Shown: positions 46,139-57,102, counted from the first letter of the stretch. The stretch is DNA of 64,000 nucleotides from Alphaproteobacteria bacterium (GCA_017546265.1 JAFYXG010000012.1:76973-140972); one strand, 5' to 3'. Notes: generated by a model from the letters alone, not told the origin. Program-made: numbers and translations.

Positions 46139-49100
46139 TTATGCCTTTTTAACCGAGATGGCCAACGAATACCCCTCGATATCTGTGGTGTATTCGCCAT
46201 CGCCCAAAACCATTTCCGTAATCAGGGCATCGTGCATAATACGGCGTTTGTGTTGCTCAATGGCAATTGACAATGCAGGGTCGGCATTGTATGTCAGAAC
46301 AATGCGGTCTGATACGTCCAGGCCCGCCGTTTTACGTGTGTCCTGGATAAAACGCAGAGCATCGTTCGACAAACCTTCGGCAATCAAGTCAGCGTTGACG
46401 TCTGTGTCCAATACAACGACCGCTGTATTATCCGGTAATGCCGCACCAGATACACCATTACGTACCGTCAGACGGTTTTCAAATTCGTCTGGGTTTAATT
46501 CGTGGCCAACCGCAACCAATTTGTCGCCAACCAATTCATAATCACCACGTTTTACAGCAGGAATTATATCCTTTAATGCACCGCCCAAACGTGCACCAAT
46601 CTTAGGCGTAATCAGATAGATGAAACTGTCCGCAATGTCCGCAAAGGATTCCTGGAATACAACAGATTTTACGTTCAGTTCGTCTTGGATAATGTCGGCA
46701 TAGTCCGGCATGTTTGTCCCCGCAACCGTCAATGAACTTAATGGCAGACGATTACGCAATTTATACTGTTCACGCAGTTGTTTGCCTGTGGATACAATTG
46801 ACTGGACCGTACGCATGTCATCAACAATTTTTTTGTCGATGTTTTGTGCAACAGGAAAGTCTGTTAAATGTACTGATTCGCCGCCCGTTAAATTACGCCA
46901 TATGTGTTCTGAAATAAATGGTGCAAATGGTGCCAATACACTGCACAGTTTTGTTAGTACTGTGTACAAGGTGTCAAATGCGTCCTGGTCTTCGTCCCAG
47001 AAACGGGCACGACCACGGCGAATGTACCAGTTGTTCAATATATCCAGAAAACGTACAAAATCTTTGATTGCAGAATCTGGTTTGTATTCCGTCAAAGATT
47101 TAGAAACCGCGTCAATCAGTACGTTCAATTCCGCCAGGATATATTTATCCAATACGTTTGTTGGATTGGTCATTTCTGTGGCTGTGATATTGCCCGCATT
47201 GGCGTACAGGGTAAAGAAATGATACGCGTTCCACAGCGGTGTTTGAATTGTTTTTGTTGATTCAATGAATACTTTGCCATCTTTGTCAACGGGAACAGGT
47301 TCGGCCTTCATGAAATTAGACCCCAGGATATACAGACGGACTGCGTCTGCACCATACTGTTCAATCTGGTCAGATGGATTTACAAAGTTACGCAATGACT
47401 TTGAAAACTTCTTTTTATTTTCATCGACAACCATGCCGTTTGCAGATACTGTCATAAATGCAGGTTTATCAAACAGGGCAGTTGCCAATACCATTAACGC
47501 ATAGAACCAACCACGAGTTTGATCCTGGCCTTCGATAATATAATCTGCCGGGAATGTCGATTCAAATCTGTCCTGGTTTTCAAATGGATAGTGTAATGAT
47601 GCCCATGGCATGGAACCACTTTCCACCCAACAATCCAAAACATCGCCAATGCGTTTCCAACCGTCTTTTTCCAGTTTGTCCAATGTTGGACGGTGCAGGT
47701 CGTCAATTTTTACACCAAAGAATTCTTCCAATTCTGCGATTGAACCGAACACTTTGTATTCGCCGTCTCGTTCCCAGATTGGTAACGGCATGCCCCAGAA
47801 ACGATTACGCGATATTGACCAAGGACGTGCATTTTCAATCCATGAACGAAAACGTTCGCCCGCAGATGTCCAATTTACTAACGAATTGTTTGCCAATAAT
47901 TTATCTTTGATTTTTGGAACGTCAATGTACCAAGAATCTGTTGCACGATAAATTAGTTTTTCCTTGGAACGGTCACCAAATGGATAACTGTGTTTGTATT
48001 GTTCCTTTTTTACCAATTTGCCGTTTGACTTTAACCAATCCATAATTTTTGGTGTTGCTGAAAAGATGTTTTCGCCAGCAAAATCAACAACTGTTTCATC
48101 AAAGTTTCCATAGTCATCAACGTTTAACAAAACCGGGAATTTTGGGTCTATGGCCTTGGCTGCCCAAAAGTCGTCTGCACCGTATGCCGGTGCAATATGA
48201 ACGATACCCGTGCCATCACCGTCAGATACATAGTCCGCAGGAATTATTTGGTACAGCAATTCAGACTGATCCGCATAGTATGGAAACAGTGGTTTATAAT
48301 GTTTGCCAACCAGGTCTGAACCCATAATACGACCAATTTCAGTTGCGTTGGCAAACTGTTTTTCATATGCTTTCAGTCGCGATGCGGCAATTATATAAAT
48401 TGCACCGTCTGCATCCGCCATACGCAAATATTCCATATTCGGATTTACAGCCAATGCACTGTTTGCAGGTAATGTCCAGGGGGTTGTTGTCCATGCAATA
48501 GCACGGTCGCCATTTTCCAATTCAAACCATACAGTTACTGCATCATCAACAATTTCACGATAATCACTGGATGCCTCGGAATTCGATACAACCGTGCCAT
48601 TTACCCAGTCATATGGATTCACACTGTAATCTTTGTATAACAGACCGCGGTTGTATAATTCCTTTAATGTCCACAGCATGGATTCCATATAGTTTTTATC
48701 CATGGTTTTGTAACCATAGCCATCACCAATATCAACCCAGCGACCCATGCGGGTGATAAAGTGATTCCATTCGTTCGTATAGGTCATTACATCGCTGCGA
48801 CACATATCACAGAATGCAGAAATGCCGTCAGTCGCAACAATATCTTTGGCAGGGCGTGATAATTTTTTCTCGACCGAGTTTTCAGCAGGTAATCCATGAC
48901 AATCCCACCCCAATTCACGGCGAACAAATCTGCCGTTCATTGTTTGAAAACGGGCAACCATGTCTTTGACCACAGATACACCCAAATGGCCCCAGTGCGG
49001 TTTACCATTTGCAAAGGGAGGACCATCGTAAAATGAAAATGGACGACCGGATTTTGTCTTATCCAATGATTTATGAAATGTGTTGTTTTCACGCCAGTAT

Positions 49101-49162
49101 TGCAGAACGCTTTGTTCCAATTCTGGAAAGTTTGCACGTGGATCTGTCTTTGGATACGCCAT
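46139..49162 (-). CDS. ileS: isoleucine--tRNA ligase, type 2 (eukaryote-like) form
   Basis: FYDGPPFANGKPHWGHL (HIGH region of type-2 IleRS), KFSKS (KMSKS), 1007 aa. Confidence 0.95.
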   Translation of the reverse strand: MAYPKTDPRANFPELEQSVLQYWRENNTFHKSLDKTKSGRPFSFYDGPPFANGKPHWGHLGVSVVKDMVARFQTMNGRFVRRELGWDCHGLPAENSVEKKLSRPAKDIVATDGISAFCDMCRSDVMTYTNEWNHFITRMGRWVDIGDGYGYKTMDKNYMESMLWTLKELYNRGLLYKDYSVNPYDWVNGTVVSNSEASSDYREIVDDAVTVWFELENGDRAIAWTTTPWTLPANSALAVNPNMEYLRMADADGAIYIIAASRLKAYEKQFANATEIGRIMGSDLVGKHYKPLFPYYADQSELLYQIIPADYVSDGDGTGIVHIAPAYGADDFWAAKAIDPKFPVLLNVDDYGNFDETVVDFAGENIFSATPKIMDWLKSNGKLVKKEQYKHSYPFGDRSKEKLIYRATDSWYIDVPKIKDKLLANNSLVNWTSAGERFRSWIENARPWSISRNRFWGMPLPIWERDGEYKVFGSIAELEEFFGVKIDDLHRPTLDKLEKDGWKRIGDVLDCWVESGSMPWASLHYPFENQDRFESTFPADYIIEGQDQTRGWFYALMVLATALFDKPAFMTVSANGMVVDENKKKFSKSLRNFVNPSDQIEQYGADAVRLYILGSNFMKAEPVPVDKDGKVFIESTKTIQTPLWNAYHFFTLYANAGNITATEMTNPTNVLDKYILAELNVLIDAVSKSLTEYKPDSAIKDFVRFLDILNNWYIRRGRARFWDEDQDAFDTLYTVLTKLCSVLAPFAPFISEHIWRNLTGGESVHLTDFPVAQNIDKKIVDDMRTVQSIVSTGKQLREQYKLRNRLPLSSLTVAGTNMPDYADIIQDELNVKSVVFQESFADIADSFIYLITPKIGARLGGALKDIIPAVKRGDYELVGDKLVAVGHELNPDEFENRLTVRNGVSGAALPDNTAVVVLDTDVNADLIAEGLSNDALRFIQDTRKTAGLDVSDRIVLTYNADPALSIAIEQHKRRIMHDALITEMVLGDGEYTTDIEGYSLAISVKKA

Positions 49163-49199
49163 TGTTTTTGCCTTTTGATATTTTTAATATTTTAATATT

Positions 49200-49222
49200 A
49201 AAAAATGGGTGCTATGCACCCC
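49200..49222 (-). terminator. terminator-like hairpin inside the ileS 5' leader (candidate attenuator)
   Basis: Minus RNA: GGGUGC-aua-GCACCC (49221-49207), then A, then U6 (49205-49200), 38 nt before the ileS ATG. Confidence 0.5.
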
Positions 49223-49249
49223 AGCCACCGCCAAAGTGCGTGCAGCCAT

Positions 49250-49282
49250 TTATTTAATAATAATTATTGTTGCTTGTTTCAT
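49250..49282 (-). CDS. candidate ileS leader peptide MKQATIIIIK
   Basis: ATG AAA CAA GCA ACA ATA ATT ATT ATT AAA TAA, with four consecutive Ile codons, 27 nt upstream of the leader hairpin. SD is weak. Confidence 0.4.
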   Translation of the reverse strand: MKQATIIIIK

Positions 49283-49554
49283 ATCGCACAGAGTACAACA
49301 TGTTTATTAAAAATGCAAGTGTTGATAATAATTTGTTGAATTTTCAGTTCGACTGATATAACATAGGGGCATCGTTGTTGTTGATGTGATGATATGACTG
49401 ACAACCATGGAGCAGAAAACAACACTCAAAAGTTATAAGTCAGGGTGGCACCGCGCGGTCAAAAAATTTAAACCTGCGCCCCTGAAGATTAACAAGAAAA
49501 TGGGTGCCGAAAATCCAATCTTTTTCGTTGCCCAAATAATAAAAGGGACCAAAA

Positions 49555-51324
49555 ATGTTATCTTTGAAATCAAAGTACAGAACACATACATGTGGTGAAT
49601 TAAACACTGCACATGTTGGTGAAAAAGTTATGTTAAGTGGATGGGTTCATCGTAAACGTGACCATGGGGCATTGTTGTTCGTGGATTTGCGTGATAACTA
49701 TGGTATTACACAGGTTGTGTTTGACGGTGGTGATGCCGCACTGGAAAAGGTCAGACCAGAATCTGTTATCAAAATTACAGGTACTGTTGTTGCACGTGAT
49801 GCAGGGGCTGTGAATGACAAAATTCCAACAGGTGGTATCGAAATCCAGGCTGATTCTTTTGAAGTGCTGACAAATTGCGATGTGCTGCCGTTCCAGGTGT
49901 TTGGTGATGATGGTTCGGTTGCAGAAGATTTGCGTTTGAAATACCGCTATATCGATTTAAGACGCGAAAGCCTGCATAAAAATATTCTGTTCCGTAATCG
50001 CGTTATGAAGTTTATTCGTGATAGAATGTGGGATATGGGATTTTCTGAATTCCAAACTCCTATTTTGACGGTGTCCAGTCCAGAGGGAGCTCGCGATTAT
50101 ATCGTGCCCAGCCGTCATCATCATGGTATGTTCTATGCGTTGCCACAGGCACCACAACAGTTTAAGCAGTTGATTCAAATTTCTGGATTTGATAGATATT
50201 TCCAAATTGCACCATGTTTCCGTGATGAAGATTTGCGTGCAGACAGATTGCTGGAATTCTATCAGTTGGATTTGGAAATGTCTTTTGTCGATTTGCCAGA
50301 TATTCAGGCCGTAGGTAATACGCTGATGCCGGCAATGATAAAAGAATTCGTGCCAGACGCAATTGTCGCAGATGAAATTCCACATATCTCGTTCGATGAT
50401 GCTATGTTGAAATATGGTTCGGATAAGCCTGATTTGCGTAACCCAATTATCATTTCTGATGTAACAGATATTTTCCGTGGGTCGGATTTTGGTATCTTTG
50501 CAAATGCAATCGAAAATGGGGCTGTGGTTCGTGCAATTCCTGCACCAAATTCAGCAGATAAACCGCGTTCTTGGTTCGATAAACTGGGGGATTATGCTGT
50601 CAAGGAATTGGGACTGGGCGGACTGGGGTATATCGTGTTCGCAGAAGAAGCCAAAGGGCCTGTTGCAAAAAAACTGGACGCGGAACGTGTTGCAAAACTG
50701 CGTGAAATTGCAGGTGATAATGCTTCATTGTTCTTTGTGTGCGATAATGCAGATGCTGCAGCAAAGGCCGCAGGTAAATTGCGTAATAAACTGGGGGCGG
50801 ATTTGGGGTTGATTAATCCAAAAGAATTCCGTCTGTGTTGGGTCGAAGATTTCCCATTCTTTGAAGCAGACGAAGAATCGCCAACAGGTATCGCGTTTAC
50901 ACATAATCCGTTCTCGTTCCCGATGGCAACTTTGGAAGAACTGAATACGAAAAACCCGCTGGAAATTAAGGCGGCTCAATTCGATATGGTGTTAAACGGT
51001 GCAGAAATCTGCAGCGGTGGTTTAAGAAACTTTAACCCAGATGTGATGGTTAAGTGTTTCGATATCACTGGTTATTCTGAAGAAACGGTTAAGGAAAAGT
51101 TTGGTGGTATGTATACCGCGTTCCAGTACGGGGCACCACCACACGGAGGTTGTGCGTTCGGTATCGATCGTTTGGTTCAGATTATGCTGGATGAACCAAA
51201 CCTGCGTCAGGTGGTGTTGTTCCCAACAAATCAACGTGGACAAGACCTGATGATGGGTGCTCCTACGACTGTGACAGAAAAACAGTTGCGAGAAGTGCAT
51301 ATCCAGGTGCGTAAGAAAAACTAA
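49555..51324 (+). CDS. aspS: aspartate--tRNA ligase
   Basis: OB-fold N-terminus VMLSGWVHRKRDHGALLFVDLRD; class II motifs FRDEDLRADR and GGCAFGIDRL. Confidence 0.95.
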   Translation: MLSLKSKYRTHTCGELNTAHVGEKVMLSGWVHRKRDHGALLFVDLRDNYGITQVVFDGGDAALEKVRPESVIKITGTVVARDAGAVNDKIPTGGIEIQADSFEVLTNCDVLPFQVFGDDGSVAEDLRLKYRYIDLRRESLHKNILFRNRVMKFIRDRMWDMGFSEFQTPILTVSSPEGARDYIVPSRHHHGMFYALPQAPQQFKQLIQISGFDRYFQIAPCFRDEDLRADRLLEFYQLDLEMSFVDLPDIQAVGNTLMPAMIKEFVPDAIVADEIPHISFDDAMLKYGSDKPDLRNPIIISDVTDIFRGSDFGIFANAIENGAVVRAIPAPNSADKPRSWFDKLGDYAVKELGLGGLGYIVFAEEAKGPVAKKLDAERVAKLREIAGDNASLFFVCDNADAAAKAAGKLRNKLGADLGLINPKEFRLCWVEDFPFFEADEESPTGIAFTHNPFSFPMATLEELNTKNPLEIKAAQFDMVLNGAEICSGGLRNFNPDVMVKCFDITGYSEETVKEKFGGMYTAFQYGAPPHGGCAFGIDRLVQIMLDEPNLRQVVLFPTNQRGQDLMMGAPTTVTEKQLREVHIQVRKKN

Positions 51325-51332
51325 ATACGTTA

Positions 51333-51360
51333 AGTCCCCCAGAAATGGGGGACTGATTTT
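51333..51360 (+). terminator. intrinsic terminator after aspS
   Basis: AGTCCCCC-agaaat-GGGGGACT followed by GATTTT. Confidence 0.55.
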
Positions 51361-51430
51361 ATGATTTCATGCCTGTGGGAATGGATTTTATTCCAGTTAT
51401 AATTTTGTGTGTAAAAATAAAGAGAGAAAA

Positions 51431-51781
51431 ATGTACACACAATTTGAAACTTTGGTACATAATTTAAATTTAAGTCAATATCAGGCAAATAAACTGAAAA
51501 TACATTTGGACAGGTATAATATCGCACGACTGGAAAAACGGGGTGGGGTATTATTTGCTCCTTATTTGTCTAATGGATTGTGGGCATGGATTTCAAAGGT
51601 GCTGTTCGGCGTGCAGGCAGATTTAATTGGGCCAAACAAATTATTGCTGCGTGCACAAAGAAAAATTAAATTCTGTGCAAATGGGTATCATTGTGTCAAA
51701 GTTGGACGGTATGTATATTATGCAAATGCGTTGGGACAAATCGTGTCCCGTGAAGAATTTTTACGCAATAAAAACAATTAA
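51431..51781 (+). CDS. hypothetical protein (116 aa)
   Basis: ATG after AAGAGAGAAAA. No recognisable motif. The 3' end overlaps the convergent AsmA-like gene by 4 nt. Confidence 0.45.
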   Translation: MYTQFETLVHNLNLSQYQANKLKIHLDRYNIARLEKRGGVLFAPYLSNGLWAWISKVLFGVQADLIGPNKLLLRAQRKIKFCANGYHCVKVGRYVYYANALGQIVSREEFLRNKNN

Positions 51782-54252
51782 AATTTATCATGCGTCTTTA
51801 CAAATGCACGCATAAAACCTGTGTCCAGATTCTTCATGATTTCAGACAGTGAATACTGACGCGTGCCGTCTGGTAAGATACCAAGTTGTACCGTTACTGG
51901 TGTTGGGGCCGTGCCACGCATGGTTAAATCCAGTTCTGCCGTCATAAAGCCGTCCGTTATCGCCAAGCCGCCAATCCCTGTTGTGTGCCGCATGGATATT
52001 TCCAATGGACGTGTGGTGATGAATTTGTCTCGTGAATAATCTCCAACAATGTGTAATGATTTTAGTATGGTTTCGCCGCCTTTGAATGCGTTCGATAAGG
52101 TGTATTCGGCATTCAGGGTAGTTATATTCTGGGCAGATGCATAAAAGTTATCAAATGACATACCAATCAAATAACCACCTGTAAATGTTAAATCCAATGT
52201 CCCAGACAGATTATAGTATATGTCGTGAGCAATCTGACCATGTGTCGTTAATGATACCTGACCAGTTATAAATGTGTCGCGAATATTTAACGGCATGCGT
52301 GATGATAATAATTCGCCATTGGTTTCAAAACGATTTAACTGGACATGTATGTCATAGTTGGTTTTGTTGCGTTCAATCGTTGCCAGTAAATTCCCACGCG
52401 ATGCGTCCATAATAGAATATGTTTGACTGTTCGGCTTTAACGCATAGATAAAATTGTTATATGTGTCGCCATTGTATATCAGACTGCTCGCAGACAGAGC
52501 CAGGTTAAATGGAAAATCAAATGGTATCAGTAATGGTGAATTTGTTAAAAATTCCATCTCGGCAAAGTTGTCAAAGTAAAGAGCATTCAAGAATTTGTCC
52601 AGTACTAATTTATCGGTGTGTAATGTGATGTTGTTGTCAGAAACGGTGCCAATAAATTCATGGTCTGATATCTTTATCGTCAGATTGGATATTTTCTTGT
52701 CGTTGTAAAATCCAGATACTGTGTATGACGCATCGTTAATTGACTGCAGGTCAATGCCAGGAAACCATGATTTGAATCCCAGACCAGACAAGTAAAAGTA
52801 ATTGTTGTAAATAGATAACTGCCACTGATTATTATGAGGTGTAAAGGTTAACATGCCGTCATGCCACGCAAAATCACCAACATCATTTAACATGAAATCC
52901 GGTAAATATGGTAGTTGTATGTTTAGCCACGATAAGGTTTTGTCGTTTGCAAAATTATATGTTGCTGTGATTTTGTCGCCATCTATTTTATAGGTGCCTC
53001 CAATGTCTGAAAACTGAAAGTTTATTGTGCCTCGTTTACCATAACGTGATGTCATTTTTAATATGTCTGAATCTGTCGGCATAGGGGTGGCAGATTGAAC
53101 AAATATTTCGAATTTATCGTCTGATACGGATAAAGAACCAGACATGTCGCCATAAGTAAATATACTGCAACCCCATTGAGTTGAATTTCCAGAAAACAGG
53201 CACATGGTATTTGTGTTGTTGACAGGCAGTGTTATCATTATGTTTTCGGCACCGTTGCGGTCAATTGTCCCACCTGTTATCGCAATGTCATCCGCCAAAA
53301 TGTTGGCAATTTGAATTTTGTTTTTTGTGCCTGTGGCCTGAATTCGCAGATGATGAAATTTATGGTTTTCTAATGTCATGTCACCATAAAAATCTAAATT
53401 GACACTGGTGTTATTTAACAGGCCGTTGGGCTGAAGTAAAAATGATATGTCAAATGATATGTCGTCTGATACCAGATTGATTGATCGTGTGCCGTTTGAA
53501 AAAACTTCTATGTTGCCAGAAAATTTGTCAGATTCAAGGTTGTTTAATTTATATGAATCATATCCATTCCATTCAAAGTTGGTGGATAATTTTATCAGAC
53601 CTGTTGGTATGTTTGTTTTTATCCCAATCCAATCGTCTAGGTTGTCTGTTTCTATTGACATGTGACCACGAATGGAACCGTCAGAATACATCTGACCAGT
53701 TATGTTCAAGTTATTATTTTTGTTCGTTATATGAAATGTGTCACCGATAAATTCAATGTTGTATTTATGGTCGCGACTGCGAATTATACCATGAAATTCC
53801 CCGTTGGTAAAATCAGCACGGACGATGTGAAATTTATGCCCCATGAATGTTAAATTGCTGTTATAAATTTCTATGTCGTGGTTAAAGTTCACAGGAGATA
53901 ATTTGTCGATCGTTATGTCGGCATCATAAATTATAACCGCATCATTAAGGTGTGCATTCGCTAAATCAAAAAAACTGGAAAATGGAATCGAAAACATGAC
54001 CGAACCTATGTGCGCAGTCGGAACAACAACGTCATGGGCAACAATGGTTGCACCGCCAATTAAACTGAAATGTATGTCCCCATTTAATTTGGCCGGAACA
54101 GCAGTTTGTTCATATACAGATTTTTCAACCATAGGTTTGAATTTGTTCAATGTTATCATAGGTGGAATCAATATAATAGCCAAAACCAACGCACCAATTA
54201 TATATATCAGTGTCCAAAAAAGTCTGCGTTTATGTCTGGGTTTTAATGCCAT
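51778..54252 (-). CDS. AsmA-family envelope protein
   Basis: 824 aa with a single N-terminal TM segment (LFWTLIYIIGALVLAIILIPP), then a long beta-rich N/T/S-rich body typical of the AsmA/TamB-like family. Confidence 0.65.
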   Translation of the reverse strand: MALKPRHKRRLFWTLIYIIGALVLAIILIPPMITLNKFKPMVEKSVYEQTAVPAKLNGDIHFSLIGGATIVAHDVVVPTAHIGSVMFSIPFSSFFDLANAHLNDAVIIYDADITIDKLSPVNFNHDIEIYNSNLTFMGHKFHIVRADFTNGEFHGIIRSRDHKYNIEFIGDTFHITNKNNNLNITGQMYSDGSIRGHMSIETDNLDDWIGIKTNIPTGLIKLSTNFEWNGYDSYKLNNLESDKFSGNIEVFSNGTRSINLVSDDISFDISFLLQPNGLLNNTSVNLDFYGDMTLENHKFHHLRIQATGTKNKIQIANILADDIAITGGTIDRNGAENIMITLPVNNTNTMCLFSGNSTQWGCSIFTYGDMSGSLSVSDDKFEIFVQSATPMPTDSDILKMTSRYGKRGTINFQFSDIGGTYKIDGDKITATYNFANDKTLSWLNIQLPYLPDFMLNDVGDFAWHDGMLTFTPHNNQWQLSIYNNYFYLSGLGFKSWFPGIDLQSINDASYTVSGFYNDKKISNLTIKISDHEFIGTVSDNNITLHTDKLVLDKFLNALYFDNFAEMEFLTNSPLLIPFDFPFNLALSASSLIYNGDTYNNFIYALKPNSQTYSIMDASRGNLLATIERNKTNYDIHVQLNRFETNGELLSSRMPLNIRDTFITGQVSLTTHGQIAHDIYYNLSGTLDLTFTGGYLIGMSFDNFYASAQNITTLNAEYTLSNAFKGGETILKSLHIVGDYSRDKFITTRPLEISMRHTTGIGGLAITDGFMTAELDLTMRGTAPTPVTVQLGILPDGTRQYSLSEIMKNLDTGFMRAFVKTHDKF

Positions 54253-54312
54253 TCTCGTGTCCCTCTTGTTTTTTCATTATAATGGATTATATTTATGGTT
54301 GTGAATAAAAAA

Positions 54313-56304
54313 ATGAAAAAAGCAGAATTTCATCTTGAAAGTGAATACAAACCTATGGGAGATCAACCAACCGCTATTGCTGAGTTGGTAGATGGTGTCA
54401 ATGAAGGTAGGCAATCTCAGGTGTTGTTGGGGGTAACAGGGTCTGGAAAAACATTTACTATGGCAAATGTTATCGCAGAACTGGGGCGGCCTGCACTGAT
54501 TATGGCTCCAAATAAAATTCTGGCAGCACAACTATATACGGAAATGAAGTCCTTTTTTCCAAAAAATCACGTAGAATATTTCGTGTCGTACTATGATTAT
54601 TATCAGCCAGAAGCATATATGCCAACCACAGATACATACATAGATAAAGATGCGTCTATAAATGAACAATTAGACCGTATGCGACACAGTGCAACACGAG
54701 CTATGCTGGAAGAACGTGATGTGGTCGTTGTGTCCAGCGTATCGTCTATCTATGGTATGGGGGCACCTGAACAGTATGCAGGAATGAAATTGGTCCTGAG
54801 AGTGGGGGATCTAATCGGACAAAAAGATGTTATGCGGGCCTTGGTTGATATTCAATATAAACGAAATGATACTGCGTTTGAACGTGGTGATTTTCGTGTG
54901 CGTGGTGATATAATAGATGTTTTTCCGTCTCATGCAATGGATCGTGGATGGAAATTGTCTTTCTGGGGCGATGAAATCGAAGAAATATGGGAATTTGATA
55001 CGCTGACCGGATCAAAATTAAAAAAATTAGACCGAATTGCTGTTTATCCAAATACTCACTATGCAACACCTATGCCAACAGTGTTGCAGGCAATAGCAGA
55101 AATCAAAAAGGATTTAGCAGAAAGGTTAGAGTTCTTTCATCAGAATATGAAGTATATCGAAGAACAAAGATTAAGAGAACGAGTGAACTTTGATATAGAA
55201 ATGATGGAAAATACAGGTACATGTCGAGGAGTGGAAAATTATTCCCGATATTTGTCAGGCAGACTGCCAGGGCAACCGCCACCAACACTGTTTGAATACT
55301 TACCAAAAGATGCTGTTCTGTTCATAGATGAAAGTCATGTGACAGTACCTCAAATTGGGGCAATGAGTCGTGGCGACAGGGCAAGAAAAGAAACGCTGGC
55401 ACAATATGGGTTTCGGTTGCCTTCATGTATAGATAACAGACCGCTGACATTTGATGAATGGGATAATCTGAGGCCACAGACAATATTTGTCTCGGCAACC
55501 CCAGCCGAGTGGGAGTTAAACCAATCAAATGGAATTGTGTCTGAACAAGTAATTCGACCAACCGGACTGTTGGACCCTGTGTGCGAAGTTTATCCAACTA
55601 CACATCAGGTTGATGATTTGTTGGGACGGATAAAAAATGTGTCTGGGCGGGTGCTGGTGACAACACTGACTAAGAAAATGGCGGAACAGTTGACGGACTT
55701 TCTGAACGAAAATGGTGTGCGGGCAAAGTATCTGCACAGTGATATAGAAACATTGGAACGTATTGAACTGTTGCGAGAATTGCGAATGGGAAAGTTTGAT
55801 GTTCTGGTCGGAATCAACCTGCTAAGGGAAGGGCTGGATGTACCAGAGTGCGAATTGGTTGCAATTATGGATGCTGATAAAGAAGGATTCTTGCGGTCAA
55901 CACGCAGCCTGATTCAGACAATTGGACGTGCCGCACGCAATGCAAATGGACGAGTAATCCTGTATGCCGATAAAATTACAGATTCTATGCGGGCGGCATT
56001 AGACGAAACCATGCGTAGACGCGAAAAACAGATGGCCTATAATACTGAACATGGTATTACACCACGTACTGTGACCAAGGCTGTTTTCAAAGAAGTTGGT
56101 GAAAAACAAGAAAAAACTGACAAAACACGAAAGTTTGTGTATAGTAAGGCTGGTGGGGTGATGGATGCTGAATCTCTGAGGCGAGAAATTAAAAGGTTAA
56201 AACAACAAATGATGCAGGCCGCAGATGATTTGGAATTCGAAAAAGCCGCAGAAATACGTGATGCAATTAAATGTTTGGAAGATGACTTGTTGTTGGTGGA
56301 GTAA
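54313..56304 (+). CDS. uvrB: excinuclease ABC subunit B
   Basis: [24 protein letters not shown], helicase motifs, C-terminal UVR domain FEKAAEIRD. An alternative ATG lies at 54295. Confidence 0.95.
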   Translation: MKKAEFHLESEYKPMGDQPTAIAELVDGVNEGRQSQVLLGVTGSGKTFTMANVIAELGRPALIMAPNKILAAQLYTEMKSFFPKNHVEYFVSYYDYYQPEAYMPTTDTYIDKDASINEQLDRMRHSATRAMLEERDVVVVSSVSSIYGMGAPEQYAGMKLVLRVGDLIGQKDVMRALVDIQYKRNDTAFERGDFRVRGDIIDVFPSHAMDRGWKLSFWGDEIEEIWEFDTLTGSKLKKLDRIAVYPNTHYATPMPTVLQAIAEIKKDLAERLEFFHQNMKYIEEQRLRERVNFDIEMMENTGTCRGVENYSRYLSGRLPGQPPPTLFEYLPKDAVLFIDESHVTVPQIGAMSRGDRARKETLAQYGFRLPSCIDNRPLTFDEWDNLRPQTIFVSATPAEWELNQSNGIVSEQVIRPTGLLDPVCEVYPTTHQVDDLLGRIKNVSGRVLVTTLTKKMAEQLTDFLNENGVRAKYLHSDIETLERIELLRELRMGKFDVLVGINLLREGLDVPECELVAIMDADKEGFLRSTRSLIQTIGRAARNANGRVILYADKITDSMRAALDETMRRREKQMAYNTEHGITPRTVTKAVFKEVGEKQEKTDKTRKFVYSKAGGVMDAESLRREIKRLKQQMMQAADDLEFEKAAEIRDAIKCLEDDLLLVE

Positions 56305-56309
56305 TAAAA

Positions 56310-56552
56310 GTGATAGATGTACATGAAATTGTTGCAGTAAATGGAATCTATATATCGCAACTGTATAGAAATTGGTATGCGGTTGAGGTTATCGCAAAAC
56401 GGGGAAATGCTTTTTTCAGAATTAGGTATCCGTATGAAACAATCGGTGCTGCACAAACAGCCCTGGAACAAATAGAAAAAAAATCACCAAATGTGCCAAA
56501 ACCACATTACAGACCAATAATTCATCTGATGAACCCAGGAAAGGTAAAATGA
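56310..56552 (+). CDS. hypothetical protein (80 aa)
   Basis: GTG-start ORF filling the uvrB-tsaE gap and overlapping the tsaE start. No motif recognised. Confidence 0.4.
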   Translation: MIDVHEIVAVNGIYISQLYRNWYAVEVIAKRGNAFFRIRYPYETIGAAQTALEQIEKKSPNVPKPHYRPIIHLMNPGKVK

Positions 56553-56953
56553 CAGAATTTATTTCAAATAATATAGATGAAACACGTCAGTGGGCAGCGG
56601 ATTTTGCAAAGACTTTGCAGACACCATGTGTTGTCGCACTGCATGGCAATCTGGGAATGGGTAAATCTGAGATTGCACGAAAAATTATTCAGACACTGCG
56701 TGGCGAAAATACTGTTGTGCCAAGCCCAACATTTACAATTGTACAGAATTATGATGGGATTTCGCACTTTGATTTATATCGTATAGAAGATGCGTCCGAG
56801 TTGACTGAAATAGGATTGGAACATGCTTTGCAAAATGATATCACTCTGATAGAGTGGCCAGAAATCGCACAAAATATCCTGCCAGATAATACAATAAATG
56901 TTTTTATTTCAGAATATAATGATGGAAGGCGTATCGTTATAGAAGAATGCTAA
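56549..56953 (+). CDS. tsaE: tRNA threonylcarbamoyladenosine biosynthesis ATPase TsaE
   Basis: GNLGMGKSEIAR P-loop, SPTFTIVQNY, HFDLYR, IEWPE motifs. Confidence 0.85.
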   Translation: MTEFISNNIDETRQWAADFAKTLQTPCVVALHGNLGMGKSEIARKIIQTLRGENTVVPSPTFTIVQNYDGISHFDLYRIEDASELTEIGLEHALQNDITLIEWPEIAQNILPDNTINVFISEYNDGRRIVIEEC

Positions 56954-57074
56954 GAAAACGTACCTGTGGATTGTTTGGGTAGAATAGGTATAATGGTGGT
57001 GTGCAGGCACTGCGATAAAAGGACTTTTTTATAAAGCCCGAACCCACATCCCTAAAACAAAATGCATTGTTTGC

Positions 57075-57102
57075 AAAAAAATCCCCAAACGGGGATTTTT
57101 TA
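57075..57102. terminator. bidirectional intrinsic terminator (tsaE / ftsA-rpe convergent)
   Basis: A-run, ATCCCC-aaac-GGGGAT, T-run. Confidence 0.6.

Noticed and set aside
49407-49598. A 63-aa ORF spanning the aspS leader and overlapping the aspS start.
   Set aside because: It has no SD, overlaps the aspS start out of frame, and the region is better explained as a structured 5' leader.
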